Shown here one piece after another: positions 35,472 through 45,454 of a stretch of DNA of 64,000 nt. The translations under genes and the position numbers were made by a program. The notes under the pieces were generated by a model, which saw nothing but the letters and a program-made list of their open reading frames with translations, was not told where the DNA came from and searched no databases. Position 1 is the stretch's first letter; each line of letters starts with the position of its first letter. This DNA is from Thermoleophilaceae bacterium (GTDB lineage Bacteria > Actinomycetota > Thermoleophilia > Solirubrobacterales > Thermoleophilaceae), in assembly GCA_036494715.1 (NCBI GenBank), contig DASXNY010000166.1, positions 801 to 64,800 on the forward strand. Direction: 5' to 3'.

Positions 35472-36883
35472 AGGTCGCCGCCGTTCAGCGCCGCGGGCGG
35501 CGGCCCGGAGGCGTCGATCGAGTGCTCGCGATAGAGGTTGGCGAACTTGGGATAGCGCGACAGGAACGTGAGCACGATGTCCCCCACGGGGCCGTTGCGG
35601 TGCTTGGCGATGATCACGTCGGCCTCGCCGGGGCGCTCGGAGTCGCGGTTGTAGTACTCGTCGCGGTAGATGAACATCACGAGGTCCGCGTCCTGCTCGA
35701 TCTGCCCCGATTCGCGCAGGTCCGAGAGCAGCGGGCGCTTGTCGGGTCGCGCCTCAACCGCACGCGAGAGCTGCGACACCGCGACCACTGGGATGTTGAG
35801 CTCGCGCGCCAGGATCTTCAGACCGCGGCTGATCTGGCCGATCTGCTCGACCCGGCTCTGCCTGCTGTCCTCCGGGCGCATGAGCTGCAGGTAGTCCACG
35901 ACGACCATTCCGAGCTCGCGGCGGGCGTGCAGCCGGCGCGCCTTGGCGCGCACCTCGAGGATGCCGATGTCGCTCGAGTCGTCCACGTACAGCGGCGAGC
36001 GCGAGAGCTTCTCGGTGGCCTTGACCACCTTCGGCCAGCGGTCGGGCTTGACGCGCCCCTTGCGCAGGTCGTCGCCGTTCAGCTTCGCCTGCGAGGCGAT
36101 GAAGCGCTGGGCGAGCTCCGTCTCCGACATCTCGAGCGAGAACAGCGCCACCGGGCGGTCGTGCTCGATCGCCGCGTTCTCGGCGATGTTGGTGACGAGC
36201 GCGGACTTGCCCATCGACGGACGCGCGGCCAGGACGATCAGGTTGCCCGGCTGGAAGCCGCCGGTGAGGTCGTCGAGGTCCTTGAAGCCCGTCGGCGTGC
36301 CGGTGAGCGCGATGCCCTGGCGCGACACCAGCTCGAGCTTGTCGAGCTCCGCGTGGAGCACGTCCTCGATCGAGCGCAGCTCGCCCGTGCGCTCCTCGTG
36401 CGCGACGTTGTAGAAGCGCCCCTCGACGCGGTCGATCAGCTCCTGGACGTCGCCCGCGTGGGTGTAGACGTCGCTTTCGGTGGTGCGCGCAGCGTCGAGC
36501 AGCTTCCGCAGCAGCGCGTGCTGCTTGACGATGCGCGCGTAATGGCGCACGTTGCCCGCCGCGGGCACCATGCTCGGCAGCGAGTGGATGTAGGCCTGGC
36601 CGCCGGCCTCCTCGAGCTCGCCGGCGCGCGCCAGCTCGTCGCACACCGTGACGGCGTCCACCGCCTCCGGGTCGGACTTCTCCTTCAGGCGGCGCATCGC
36701 CGTGAAGATCCTCTGGTGGCGCGGACGGTAGAAGTCCTCGGCCCGCAGCCGGGTGTCGATCAGTACGCCGTCGAGCGCCTGCTCGGCGAGCAGGATGGCG
36801 CCGAGCACCGACGTCTCGGCTTCGAGATTCTGGGGCGGGAGCTTGCCCGCCGGCGCCTCAGGCGGCTGGACCGAAATTGCCAC
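35468..36883 (-). CDS. dnaB: replicative DNA helicase
   Basis: PPQNLEAETSVLGAILL, GTPTGFKDLD, ARPSMGKSA Walker A and VVDYLQLM motifs. No intein. Confidence 0.95.
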   Translation of the reverse strand: MAISVQPPEAPAGKLPPQNLEAETSVLGAILLAEQALDGVLIDTRLRAEDFYRPRHQRIFTAMRRLKEKSDPEAVDAVTVCDELARAGELEEAGGQAYIHSLPSMVPAAGNVRHYARIVKQHALLRKLLDAARTTESDVYTHAGDVQELIDRVEGRFYNVAHEERTGELRSIEDVLHAELDKLELVSRQGIALTGTPTGFKDLDDLTGGFQPGNLIVLAARPSMGKSALVTNIAENAAIEHDRPVALFSLEMSETELAQRFIASQAKLNGDDLRKGRVKPDRWPKVVKATEKLSRSPLYVDDSSDIGILEVRAKARRLHARRELGMVVVDYLQLMRPEDSRQSRVEQIGQISRGLKILARELNIPVVAVSQLSRAVEARPDKRPLLSDLRESGQIEQDADLVMFIYRDEYYNRDSERPGEADVIIAKHRNGPVGDIVLTFLSRYPKFANLYREHSIDASGPPPAALNGGDL

Positions 36884-36965
36884 GACTCGTCAATGGTCCG
36901 ACTGGCCGTGGACAGAAACAAGGGACGCGGACGTCAGGGCAGGGCCGTTGTCCGCAGCCACCGGC

Positions 36966-37415
36966 TTATTCGGGCGTGACGATCGTCTTGATGTCGGCCG
37001 TCACGCCCTCGGACACCTCGACGGTGACCATGTGCGTGCCGGTGGTCTTGATCGGCTGGTCCAGGTGGACCTTGCGCCGGTCGAGCCTGATGCCGCGGGC
37101 CTGCTTGATGGCGTCGACGATGTCCTGCCCGGTGACCGAGCCGAACAGCCGGCCGTCATCGCCCGCCTGCTGGGGGATCGTGAGCACGGTCTTGGTGAGC
37201 AGTGCCGCATTCTCCTCCGCACGGTCGGCGGCCTCCTGGGCCGCCTTCTCCGCCGACTCGATGCGCCGCTGCGCCTCCGCGATCGCGCCGGGCGTGGCGG
37301 GCTGCGCCAGCTTGCGCGGGACGAGGAAGTTGCGCAGGTAGCCGGGTGAGACATCGACGACCTCGCCGCGGTCGCCAAGCGTCTCTACGGCCTGCAGCAG
37401 AATCGCCTGTGCCAT
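36966..37415 (-). CDS. rplI: 50S ribosomal protein L9
   Basis: ATG at 37415. MAQAILLQAVETLGDRGEVVDVSPGYLRNFLVPRKLA. Confidence 0.92.
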   Translation of the reverse strand: MAQAILLQAVETLGDRGEVVDVSPGYLRNFLVPRKLAQPATPGAIAEAQRRIESAEKAAQEAADRAEENAALLTKTVLTIPQQAGDDGRLFGSVTGQDIVDAIKQARGIRLDRRKVHLDQPIKTTGTHMVTVEVSEGVTADIKTIVTPE

Positions 37416-37527
37416 GCCTAGCTCCCCCCGCTGACTGCGAGAACCGAGGAGAGCGAGGACGCAGGGAGGCCGTAGGGCGCTAGCCCGCGGTCGACCGAGG
37501 ACGACGCTATCCGATGGCTCGCAGCCA

Positions 37528-37809
37528 TCAGCGATCGGCCACGTAGGGGAGAAGGCCAAGCTCACGCGCACGCTTCACCGCACGGGCGAGCTGGCGCTGA
37601 TGGCGCCGGCAGGACCCCGTGATGCGGGCGGAGCGGATCTTGCCCTTCTCGCTCATGGCGCGGCGCAGGGTGCCGAAGTCCTTGTAGTCGACGACGTCGA
37701 CCTTATCGCGACAGAAGGCGCACGGCTTCCGGCGTCCGCCGGACCCCGGGCCCTTCTTGCCGTCGCGCCGACGCGTCTGCTGTCGGCTGTTGCCACGCTG
37801 TTTTGCCAC
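37528..37809 (-). CDS. rpsR: 30S ribosomal protein S18
   Basis: [21 protein letters not shown]...[23 protein letters not shown] start with an AAAGGAG SD. Confidence 0.92.
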   Translation of the reverse strand: MAKQRGNSRQQTRRRDGKKGPGSGGRRKPCAFCRDKVDVVDYKDFGTLRRAMSEKGKIRSARITGSCRRHQRQLARAVKRARELGLLPYVADR

Positions 37810-37833
37810 CTGTGAAGTACTCCTTTGGAACGA

Positions 37834-38289
37834 CTAGAACGGAATGTCGTCGTCCCCGGGAGATCCGCCGCCCGACGGCGCCGCTTCGAAGTCGGCAGTG
37901 TCGGCTGGGACGTCGCTCTGCGGCGTGAACCGACCACCGTTCTCAGCGCCATCCCGGGAGCCCAGGAACTGGACAGAGTCGGCAATGATATCGATGGACT
38001 GCCGCTTGTTGCCGTCCTTGTCCTGCCACTCGCGCCATTCCAGGCGTCCGTCGACCGCCACGGGACGGCCCTTCGAGAGGTAGTTGGCGCAGTTTTCGCC
38101 CTGCGCGCCCCACACGGTGACGTCGAAGTAGTTGGGCTTGTCGACCCACTCGCCTCCCGCATCGCGCCTGCGGGTGTTGCAGGCGATCCTCAGGCTGCAC
38201 ACCGAGGTGCCGCCGGAGGTGCTCCGCAGCTCGGGGTCACGCGTGAGGTTGCCCGTGAGGACGACCCGGTTGATGTTGGTAGCTGCCAT
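37834..38289 (-). CDS. ssb: single-stranded DNA-binding protein
   Basis: INRVVLTGNLTRDPELR OB fold and a C-terminal DDDIPF tip. GAAGGAG SD upstream. Confidence 0.93.
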   Translation of the reverse strand: MAATNINRVVLTGNLTRDPELRSTSGGTSVCSLRIACNTRRRDAGGEWVDKPNYFDVTVWGAQGENCANYLSKGRPVAVDGRLEWREWQDKDGNKRQSIDIIADSVQFLGSRDGAENGGRFTPQSDVPADTADFEAAPSGGGSPGDDDIPF

Positions 38290-38387
38290 TTGAAAACTGC
38301 TCCTTCTCTAACGCGGACGGCTTGGGGAAATTCGTTCGTCGAGACTACAACCGGGATCGGGCGGGTTGGGCGCGAGATCCCAAAGAC

Positions 38388-39467
38388 TTACACCGAAGTA
38401 GCGGGGTGTTCACGAAGCTGTGGCGAAGCGGGCGCTGCCGTCGCGGAACCCAGCCCGAAGGCCTCGGCGATCAGCTCGTACGAGCGCCTGCGGTCGGCGT
38501 GGTCATAGGTGATCGTCACGACCATCACCTCCTCGGCGGCGTAGTCGCGCGCCACCTCCTCGATGCCCTCGCGCACCTTCTCCGGGTCCCCGATCACCGC
38601 GCGCCGGTCGCGCCCGGGCCGCGGCTCGAAGCTGTCGGCGCCGTCCTGCTGGTCGAGGAAGCGCTGCGCCTTCTCGGGCGGCGGCACCGGGATCAGCTTG
38701 CCCTGGCGAAGCAGCCGGAAGCTCATGCGGGCGCTGGCCGCGAGCCGCTGCGCCTCCTCCGTGGTCTCGGCGCAGATGCACCACACCGCCGCGGACACGA
38801 CCGGCGCGGGCAGCTCCTCCGACTCCGCGAAGTGCTGCCGGTAGAGCTTGGCGATCTCGGCGCCGGCCGGGTTGATGAAGTCCGCGAACGAGTACGGCAG
38901 CCCGAGCTGTCCCGCCCAGATCGCGCTCTGCGGCGAGGAGCCGAGCAGCCACGGCTGCGGGCGCTCGGGCAGGCCCGGCAGGGTCGAGGCGAGGCGGGCG
39001 AAAGGGTGCTTGGCCGGCAGCTCCCCCTTGAGGTAGCCGAGCAGCTCGGAGAGCTGCTGGGGAAAGTCGTCGGGGGCGGCCTCGCGGCGGTCGCGCTGGA
39101 GCGCGTACATAGTGAGGCCGTCGGTGCCAGGCGCGCGGCCGAGGCCGAGGTCGATGCGGCCGGGGTAGAGGCCGGCGAGCGCGCTGAACGTCTCGGCCAC
39201 CTTGAACGGGCTGTAGTGCGGCAGCATGATCCCGCCGCTCCCCACCCGGATGCGCTCCGTGGCGGCCGCCACCGGCCCGATCAGCACCTCTGGCGCCGCG
39301 CTGGCGAGCCCGGGAGTGCCGTGGTGCTCGGCCACCCAGTAGCGCTCATAGCCGAGCTGGTCGGCCAGGCGGGCGAGGTCGAGCGTGTTGTGCAGCGCGT
39401 CCGCGCCGGTCGAGCCCTCCGGAACCGGCGACTGGTCGAGCACGCTGAGGCGGAACGTGACGCTCAC
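38388..39467 (-). CDS. LLM-class (luciferase-like) flavin-dependent oxidoreductase, group 1
   Basis: GTG at 39467 (GTGA overlap with the MFS stop). SVLDQSPV...[10 protein letters not shown]...[12 protein letters not shown] pattern. Confidence 0.85.
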   Translation of the reverse strand: MSVTFRLSVLDQSPVPEGSTGADALHNTLDLARLADQLGYERYWVAEHHGTPGLASAAPEVLIGPVAAATERIRVGSGGIMLPHYSPFKVAETFSALAGLYPGRIDLGLGRAPGTDGLTMYALQRDRREAAPDDFPQQLSELLGYLKGELPAKHPFARLASTLPGLPERPQPWLLGSSPQSAIWAGQLGLPYSFADFINPAGAEIAKLYRQHFAESEELPAPVVSAAVWCICAETTEEAQRLAASARMSFRLLRQGKLIPVPPPEKAQRFLDQQDGADSFEPRPGRDRRAVIGDPEKVREGIEEVARDYAAEEVMVVTITYDHADRRRSYELIAEAFGLGSATAAPASPQLREHPATSV

Positions 39468-40909
39468 GTGCTTGCCGATTCTGGCAGCGCGCCCTCGGCC
39501 GGAGCCGAGCGCGGCGGCCGCTGCCGCGGGATGAGCGTGGCGCTTGCGATCGCGCCGACGGCCGCGAAGATCCCGCCGAGCACAAAGGCCCGCTGGAAGC
39601 CGCTCGTGAGCGCGTGGTCCACGCTGGTGTGGCCAAGCAGGCTCGAGGTGCGCGAGGTGGCGGTGGTCGCGAGGATCGCGAGCCCGAGCGAGCCGCCGAT
39701 CTGGCGCGAGGTATTGATCAGCCCGGAGGCGAGGCCCACCTCCGCCGGCTTGACGCCTGCCATCCCGGCCACCGTCACGGAGACGAACGTCACACCGATC
39801 CCGGCGCCGGTGAGCATGAACGGGACGAGCACGTCCGCCCAGTAGCTGCTGTTCACGCCCACCTGCCCGAGCAGGATCATCCCGACCGCGACCGCCCCCA
39901 TCCCGAGCGCCAGGAGCAGCCCGGGGCCAGTCCTGTGGAGGCGCTTGCCGGCGACCTGCGCGGCCACCGCAAGCGAGAGCGTGCCCGGCACGAACGCGAG
40001 GCCGGTCTCGATCGGGGTGAAGCCGCGCACCTCCTGCAGGTAGAGCGAGAGGAAGTACCACATGGCGAACGCCGAGCCGCCGAGCAGCAGGACGACCACG
40101 TTGGCCGCGCTGAGCTGGCGGGAGCGGAAGATCGCGACTGGCATCAGCGGCGCCTTGGCGAAGCGCGTCTCGATCAGCAGGAAGAGCGCGAGCAGCGCGG
40201 ACGCGATCGCGAGCGTGACGAGCGTGCGGGTCGACCCCCAGCCGTACTGCTCGGTCTTGACGATCCCGAAGGTGAGCACGATCAGTCCCGCGGTGCCGCT
40301 GAGCGCGCCGGCCACGTCGAAGTTCTTGCGCGTAGCCGCCGCGGGCCGCTCGCCGCCGATCACCCGCATCGCCGCGATTCCCGTGGCCGCGGCGATCGGC
40401 ACGTTGACGAACAGGATCCAGCGCCAGCTCAGCAACTCCGTGAGGATGCCGCCGAGCAGGACGCCGGTGGCCCCGCCGATCGCGCCCATCGCACCCCAGG
40501 CACCGAGCGCGCGGTTGCGCTCACCGCCCTCGGTAAAGGTGCTCGTGATGATCGAGAGCGTGGCGGGCGCGACCAGCGCGCCACCGAGGCCCTGGATGCC
40601 GCGCGCGATGATCAACATCGTCTCGCTCTGCGCGAGGCCGCCCACCAATGAGGCCAGCGCGAACAGCGCCAGGCCGAAGTTGAAGACGTTGCGCCGCACG
40701 AGCAGGTCGCAGGCGCGACCGCCGAGCAACAGGAAGCCGGCGAACGTGAGGGTGTAGGCGTTGACCACCCACTGCAGGCTTGCCGCCGAGAAGTGCAGGC
40801 CGCTGCGAATCGCGGGGAGCGCCACGTTCACCACGGACACGTCCAGGATCACCATGAACTGCCCGATGCAGCACAGAACCAGGATCCAGAGCTTTCGGCG
40901 TTCGGTCAT
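39464..40909 (-). CDS. MFS transporter, DHA2 (14-TMS drug:H+ antiporter) type
   Basis: [28 protein letters not shown] and about 14 hydrophobic segments. Confidence 0.88.
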   Translation of the reverse strand: MTERRKLWILVLCCIGQFMVILDVSVVNVALPAIRSGLHFSAASLQWVVNAYTLTFAGFLLLGGRACDLLVRRNVFNFGLALFALASLVGGLAQSETMLIIARGIQGLGGALVAPATLSIITSTFTEGGERNRALGAWGAMGAIGGATGVLLGGILTELLSWRWILFVNVPIAAATGIAAMRVIGGERPAAATRKNFDVAGALSGTAGLIVLTFGIVKTEQYGWGSTRTLVTLAIASALLALFLLIETRFAKAPLMPVAIFRSRQLSAANVVVLLLGGSAFAMWYFLSLYLQEVRGFTPIETGLAFVPGTLSLAVAAQVAGKRLHRTGPGLLLALGMGAVAVGMILLGQVGVNSSYWADVLVPFMLTGAGIGVTFVSVTVAGMAGVKPAEVGLASGLINTSRQIGGSLGLAILATTATSRTSSLLGHTSVDHALTSGFQRAFVLGGIFAAVGAIASATLIPRQRPPRSAPAEGALPESAST

Positions 40910-40975
40910 CAGGGAGCGACCCTGCCGGGAGCTGGGATCTGCGGGCCGCTTACAAGAGGTTAGTGAAGGCGCGGG

Positions 40976-41404
40976 CTAGCCGGCGTCTTCGTCGTCGTCG
41001 GCGCGCGGTGCGTCGGCCACGGAGCGCGGCGCCACGGTGGCGGTCTCCTCGGCCTCGGGTGTGATCTCGCGCGGCCGTCCGGCCTGCCGCGGCGTCGGCG
41101 GCGGGGGCGAGCCGGCCTTGAGCCTGATGATGCGGAAGCGGAGCACGCCGTCGGTGATCTTCAGGGTGTGGTCGAGCTGATCGAGGAGCTCGTGATTGCC
41201 CTCCGGCGTCTCGAACTGGTAGAGCCGGTACTCGGCGTCCGCGCGATGGTCGATCTCGTAGGCGATGCGGCGCATGCCCCAGTCGTGCGCGCCCACAAGC
41301 GTGCCGCCGCTCTCGATGGCGGTCTGCACGTTCGTCGCGATCTCCGCCCGGCGTTCGTCCGGGGCGTTCGAATCCAGCATCAACATCAGGTCGTAGAGCG
41401 GCAT
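40976..41404 (-). CDS. rpsF: 30S ribosomal protein S6 with an extended acidic/Pro-rich C-terminus
   Basis: ATG at 41404. MPLYDLMLMLD...WGMRRIAYEI...YRLYQFE. Confidence 0.9.
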   Translation of the reverse strand: MPLYDLMLMLDSNAPDERRAEIATNVQTAIESGGTLVGAHDWGMRRIAYEIDHRADAEYRLYQFETPEGNHELLDQLDHTLKITDGVLRFRIIRLKAGSPPPPTPRQAGRPREITPEAEETATVAPRSVADAPRADDDEDAG

Positions 41405-41766
41405 GAGGGAGCGGACCTTAGCAGCGGCCGTGCGCCAAGGGGGGCGAGCAAACGGGCCCTCGCGCCTTAGCTGTACATGGCAAGTCGGCGAGCAGCCACA
41501 GCGCACACGGTCGTGGACCGGGTGCGGTGGGGAAATGTAGGACGGTTGGTTGGCTTGCTCGCTGCTGCCATCTTCTTTGCTACGTCGCTGCATGGATGTG
41601 GAGGGGTGGCGGGGGGCGGGGGGCAGGTGGCGGGGCTGCCACCCGCAGTGAAGCCTGCACCTGTCAGCCCCTCATTGCCCGTCGTCCGGAAAAAGCAGCA
41701 ATTAAGGCAGCCCCGCAAGAAGCATCAACACCGGCGGCGGAAGCACAGCCACGCCCGGACGAAGCC

Positions 41767-41826
41767 TCTGCACTCTGCACCTCCGCACTCTGCGCTTCTG
41801 CACTCTGCGCTTCTGCACTCTGCACT
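41767..41826. repeat. 15-nt tandem repeat, 4 units (TCYGCACTCTGCRCY)
   Basis: Units at 41767-81, 41782-96, 41797-811 and 41812-26, read directly from the sequence. It lies in the 491-nt spacer upstream of rpsF. Confidence 0.85.
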
Positions 41827-41895
41827 TCCGCCGCCGCCCGAAGCGGCGCCCGCGCCTCCACCAGCGCTAGCGGGCGGCACCGGCGAGTTCGGGCC

Positions 41896-42645
41896 CTAGT
41901 TCAGCTCGAGCGTCTCGCCGTCGGCAGGAATCAGGATCCGGTCGTCGCTCGAAGCGGCACGGAGGTCGGCCCTTGTATCTACACAGTGGTTGATTGCCTC
42001 CATGTGCACCGCGACCACGGCGGTGTCCTGGGGCGTCGCTTCCGCCACCTTGACGACGTCCGCGGGCGTCATCGTGATCGGGTCGCCGAAGTTGAAGCGG
42101 GCGCCGCCGGCGTTCACGACCACGATGCGCGGGGAGTGGACGGAGAGCGCGTCGCGCACCTCCTCGCACCAGATCGTGTCGCCGGCGATGTACAGGGTGG
42201 GCTCGCCACGGGCGCTGAGCACGAAGCCGCAGACCGGCGCCATCTCGAGCCCGATCTCGCCGGTGCCGTGCTGCCCGGCGGTGCGCGACACGGAAATGCC
42301 GAGCAGATCGATGGTGGCGTCCACCGGGCGCACGTCCTCGAAGCCGCGGTCGCTCAGGTCCACGCGGTCCTCGGGCTGGCAGACGAGCGGCAGCGAGCGG
42401 TCGAGCAGGCGCTCGGCATCGGGGTCGAGATGGTCCTCGTGTAGGTGGGTGACGAGTACGGCGTCCTGGTCGCGCACGAGCTCGTCCGCCGGCACGGGCA
42501 GCGGCACGAGCGGGTTGGGGCGCTGGTTTGGTGAGTCCTCGATCGGCGGCGCCGTCCCCTCGGCGCCGAGCATGGGATCCACGAGCAGGCGCCGCCCGCC
42601 GTACTCGAGCACGAGCGTCGCGTGGCGGACGAGCGTGAGCTTCAC
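41896..42645 (-). CDS. MBL-fold metallo-hydrolase
   Basis: VRHATLVLEYGGRRLLVDP and THLHEDHLD (HxHxDH) motifs. 4-nt overlap with otsA. Confidence 0.85.
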   Translation of the reverse strand: MKLTLVRHATLVLEYGGRRLLVDPMLGAEGTAPPIEDSPNQRPNPLVPLPVPADELVRDQDAVLVTHLHEDHLDPDAERLLDRSLPLVCQPEDRVDLSDRGFEDVRPVDATIDLLGISVSRTAGQHGTGEIGLEMAPVCGFVLSARGEPTLYIAGDTIWCEEVRDALSVHSPRIVVVNAGGARFNFGDPITMTPADVVKVAEATPQDTAVVAVHMEAINHCVDTRADLRAASSDDRILIPADGETLELN

Positions 42646-44147
42646 CGCTCCGCGTAGCGCCCCGTGGGCGCGTTGCTCGGTGGCGCCTCCCCGCGCCGCT
42701 TCGCGTCGATGTCGGCGAGCTGGTCGTCGATCCAGTCGCCTGGGTTGCGCGAGGTGACGATGCGCTTGAGTCCGTCGGCGCGCCAGGCGCGCTCCTCCCG
42801 CGACATGGTCAGCGCGCGGAAGATCGCGTCCGCCTGCTCCTGCACGTCGAACGGGTTGACCGACAGCGCGAACTCCGCCAGCTCCTCGTGGGCGCCCGTG
42901 TTCTCGGACAGGAGCGACACCCCGGCGTGCTCGTTCACGAGCGGCCCCTCCTTCGCCACGAGGTTCATCCCATCGAACATCGCGTTGACGATCAGCAGGT
43001 CGTAATGCTTGTAGGACGCCACCGCCTCGTCGATGTTCTCGCGCAGCTTGAGGTCGATCGGCATCCAGTCCGTCGTGCCGTGCCGATGGTTCACCACTGC
43101 CACGAGCGCCTCGATCTTCTCGAGGTACTCGGCGTACTCCGGCACGTCCTGGCGCGACGGCATGAGCTGGGCGATGAAGGTGACGTTCTCGCGGAACTCC
43201 GGATGCTGCGTGAGGAAGAGATCGAACGCCGTGAAGCCGCGCAGCACGTTCTTCGACAGGTCGGCGCGGTCGACGCGCAGGATCAGGTGCTCGCGCCGGC
43301 GCCGCAGGAGCTCCTCCTCGTACTCCGTCACCTGCGGCCGCGCGGCGGTGCGCTCGAAGCTCTCGGCCGATATCGGCAGCGGGTAGGCGCGCACCCAGAC
43401 GTCGCGCCCCTCGAAGTTCACGACCCCGGCCTCCTCGTCCACGTCCATGTCGAACAGGTCGCGGCAGCAGAGCAGGAAGTTGCGTTTGTAGGCACGCGTG
43501 TGGAAGCCGACGATGTCATTCGACAGCACGCCCTCGTAGATCTCCTCGCGCATGTCGCGCGGCAGCACGCGCCAGGCGTCCGGCTGGGTCCACGGGATGT
43601 GAACGAAGTGGTGGAGGAAGACGTCGTTGCTCGCGCGCCGGATCGTGCGCGGCGCCGTGTAGAGGTGGTAATCGTGGAGCATCACCACCGCGTCCTCGCC
43701 CTGCTGAACCTCTTCGAGCACGGCGTGCGCGAGGTCGTCGTTGACCTGGCGGTAGCCGTGCTCGAACGCCTGCACCTCGTTGTCGCGGATGTCCGGCGCG
43801 TTCGACAGGTCCCAGAGGTAGTGCTGGATGAACCACAGGAGCGGGTTGGCCACCACGTTGTAGAAGCGGTCGTAGGCCTCCGGGTCGCTGGCCACGAGGC
43901 GCACCTTGTAGGTGACTCCGTCGACGTCGCAGTCGAAGGCGCCGCCGCCGTGCTGCTCGCTCACATCCACGTCGGCCTGCGTCATCGCCGACGCCACCCA
44001 GAGCGCGTCGCGGTGGTTCACGAGTCCCGTCAGCGCCGTCACGAGGCCGCCGCCGCCGCGCGTTACCTGCAGTTCGCCTTCCTCATCCCGCTCGAAGGTC
44101 GCGGGACCGCGGTTCGAGACGAGGACGAGTCGGGCGTCTTGTGTCAT
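42642..44147 (-). CDS. otsA: α,α-trehalose-phosphate synthase (GT20)
   Basis: LVLVSNRGP, GGLVTAL, HDYHL and FHTRAY motifs, plus the C-terminal Rossmann half. Confidence 0.92.
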   Translation of the reverse strand: MTQDARLVLVSNRGPATFERDEEGELQVTRGGGGLVTALTGLVNHRDALWVASAMTQADVDVSEQHGGGAFDCDVDGVTYKVRLVASDPEAYDRFYNVVANPLLWFIQHYLWDLSNAPDIRDNEVQAFEHGYRQVNDDLAHAVLEEVQQGEDAVVMLHDYHLYTAPRTIRRASNDVFLHHFVHIPWTQPDAWRVLPRDMREEIYEGVLSNDIVGFHTRAYKRNFLLCCRDLFDMDVDEEAGVVNFEGRDVWVRAYPLPISAESFERTAARPQVTEYEEELLRRRREHLILRVDRADLSKNVLRGFTAFDLFLTQHPEFRENVTFIAQLMPSRQDVPEYAEYLEKIEALVAVVNHRHGTTDWMPIDLKLRENIDEAVASYKHYDLLIVNAMFDGMNLVAKEGPLVNEHAGVSLLSENTGAHEELAEFALSVNPFDVQEQADAIFRALTMSREERAWRADGLKRIVTSRNPGDWIDDQLADIDAKRRGEAPPSNAPTGRYAER

Positions 44148-45448
44148 GCGCTGTCAGAGAAGATGCGTAGCCAGTCCCGCAGAAGCCTAGGGGTCAGGAA
44201 GTGTTGGCGCACGTGTTCCTTGCCTGCACGCGCGAGACGCTTGCCGAGCTCGGGCTCCTTGAGGATCTCCAGCGAGCGCTCCGCGCACTCCTGCGGCGAG
44301 GAGACGAGGAAGCCTGTCTCGCCGTCCTTGACCTGCAGCGGGATGCCGCCGACATCGCCGCCGATGAACGGCCGCGCCTTCCAGAGCGCCTCGGACACGG
44401 TCAGGCCGAAGCCCTCGCGCGTGGACTTCTGGATCACCACGTCGGCCTGCGACTGGAAGGCGTTGACCTCGATCGCGCCGACGTTGTTGAGGTTGTTGAG
44501 GATCTTGATGTCCGGGTCGCCCTGGGCGTACTCGAGCGTCGAGTTGAAGAACTCCCAGCCCTCCGGGTCATCGGTGGCCATCGAGCCAACGAGCGCGAGC
44601 TGCACCTCCGGCAGCTCCTCGGTGACCTGGCGGTAGGCGTCGATCACGCCGATCGGGTCCTTCCACGGGTCGAAGCGCGACACCTGGCAGATCAGCGGAC
44701 GGTCGACGTCCACGCCGAATTGGTCGCACACGAACGCGGCATCCTCGGGAGAGAGCGCCATGTTCTTCGGCGACAGCGGATCGATCGCCGGCGGGCAGAT
44801 GTGGATCTTCTGGCCGTTCGACCCGTTGAGCGCCGGCGGCACGTAGCTCCTGAGGTGGAAGACCGCGTCGTCGTATTCGCGCACGAGCGGCACGAGCCGC
44901 TCGATCGTCTCCGGGTTGGGCGTCGACAGATCGATGTGGCAGCGCCAGACCCACTTGCGCGCCTTCTCCCGCACGTGCTGCATCACGGCGGCCGGCTGCG
45001 GGTCGTGGACGATGATCACGTCCCAGCCTTCACTGAGCTCGACGGCGTTGATGCGGTTGAACTTCTCGTAGACGATCCACTCGTCCTCGGAGATCACCTG
45101 GTCGCTCCCCTGGAGCGAGTTGTGCATCAGCTTGGTGACGTTGTAGAACTCCTCGCGCCCGATCATGATCTGCCACTCGGCCTCGACCCCGACGTCGCGC
45201 ATCAGCGGCACGAGCGTGTAGAGGATCTCGGAGACGCCGCCGCCGAACGCAGTGGCGGACAGGTGGAGCACCTTGAGCCCCTGGAGCTGCTCGGCGAGCT
45301 CGCGGATCTCTTCCACGAGCGGCCGACCTACTAGATGCGTGTAATCCGCCAGGCTCTTGTGGCCGACGGCCACGGGCTGCAGCACTCGGGCTCCTTTTGG
45401 TAGCGATCGGATGGACGGAGGCTGACTAAGTCGGCCTCCCGCAAGCAC
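44144..45448 (-). CDS. treT: trehalose glycosyltransferring synthase-like GT4 enzyme
   Basis: HLSATAFGGGVSEILYTLVPL, FYNVTKLMHNSLQG, HDPQPAA, WRCHIDLS, QVSRFDPWKD and REGFGLTVSEA closely follow the archaeal/bacterial TreT pattern as I recall it. The start may be internal (VLQPV). Confidence 0.78.
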   Translation of the reverse strand: MLAGGRLSQPPSIRSLPKGARVLQPVAVGHKSLADYTHLVGRPLVEEIRELAEQLQGLKVLHLSATAFGGGVSEILYTLVPLMRDVGVEAEWQIMIGREEFYNVTKLMHNSLQGSDQVISEDEWIVYEKFNRINAVELSEGWDVIIVHDPQPAAVMQHVREKARKWVWRCHIDLSTPNPETIERLVPLVREYDDAVFHLRSYVPPALNGSNGQKIHICPPAIDPLSPKNMALSPEDAAFVCDQFGVDVDRPLICQVSRFDPWKDPIGVIDAYRQVTEELPEVQLALVGSMATDDPEGWEFFNSTLEYAQGDPDIKILNNLNNVGAIEVNAFQSQADVVIQKSTREGFGLTVSEALWKARPFIGGDVGGIPLQVKDGETGFLVSSPQECAERSLEILKEPELGKRLARAGKEHVRQHFLTPRLLRDWLRIFSDSA

Positions 45449-45454
45449 GAGAGC

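Noticed and set aside
41767-41826. Tandem 15-mers as a possible mini CRISPR array.
   Set aside because: The units are contiguous with no spacers, far shorter than CRISPR repeats, and no cas genes are present.
41477-41899. 140-aa + strand ORF with a lipobox-like ...ATSLHGCGG and a basic/His-rich repeat tail (SALLHSALLHSAL). The overlapping 305-aa ORF at 41527-42444 was considered with it.
   Set aside because: Third-position GC is weak and the translation is low-complexity. The repeat peptide is simply the 15-nt DNA array read in frame, and the ORF runs antisense into the MBL gene region. It is kept as part of the spacer finding rather than called as a CDS.
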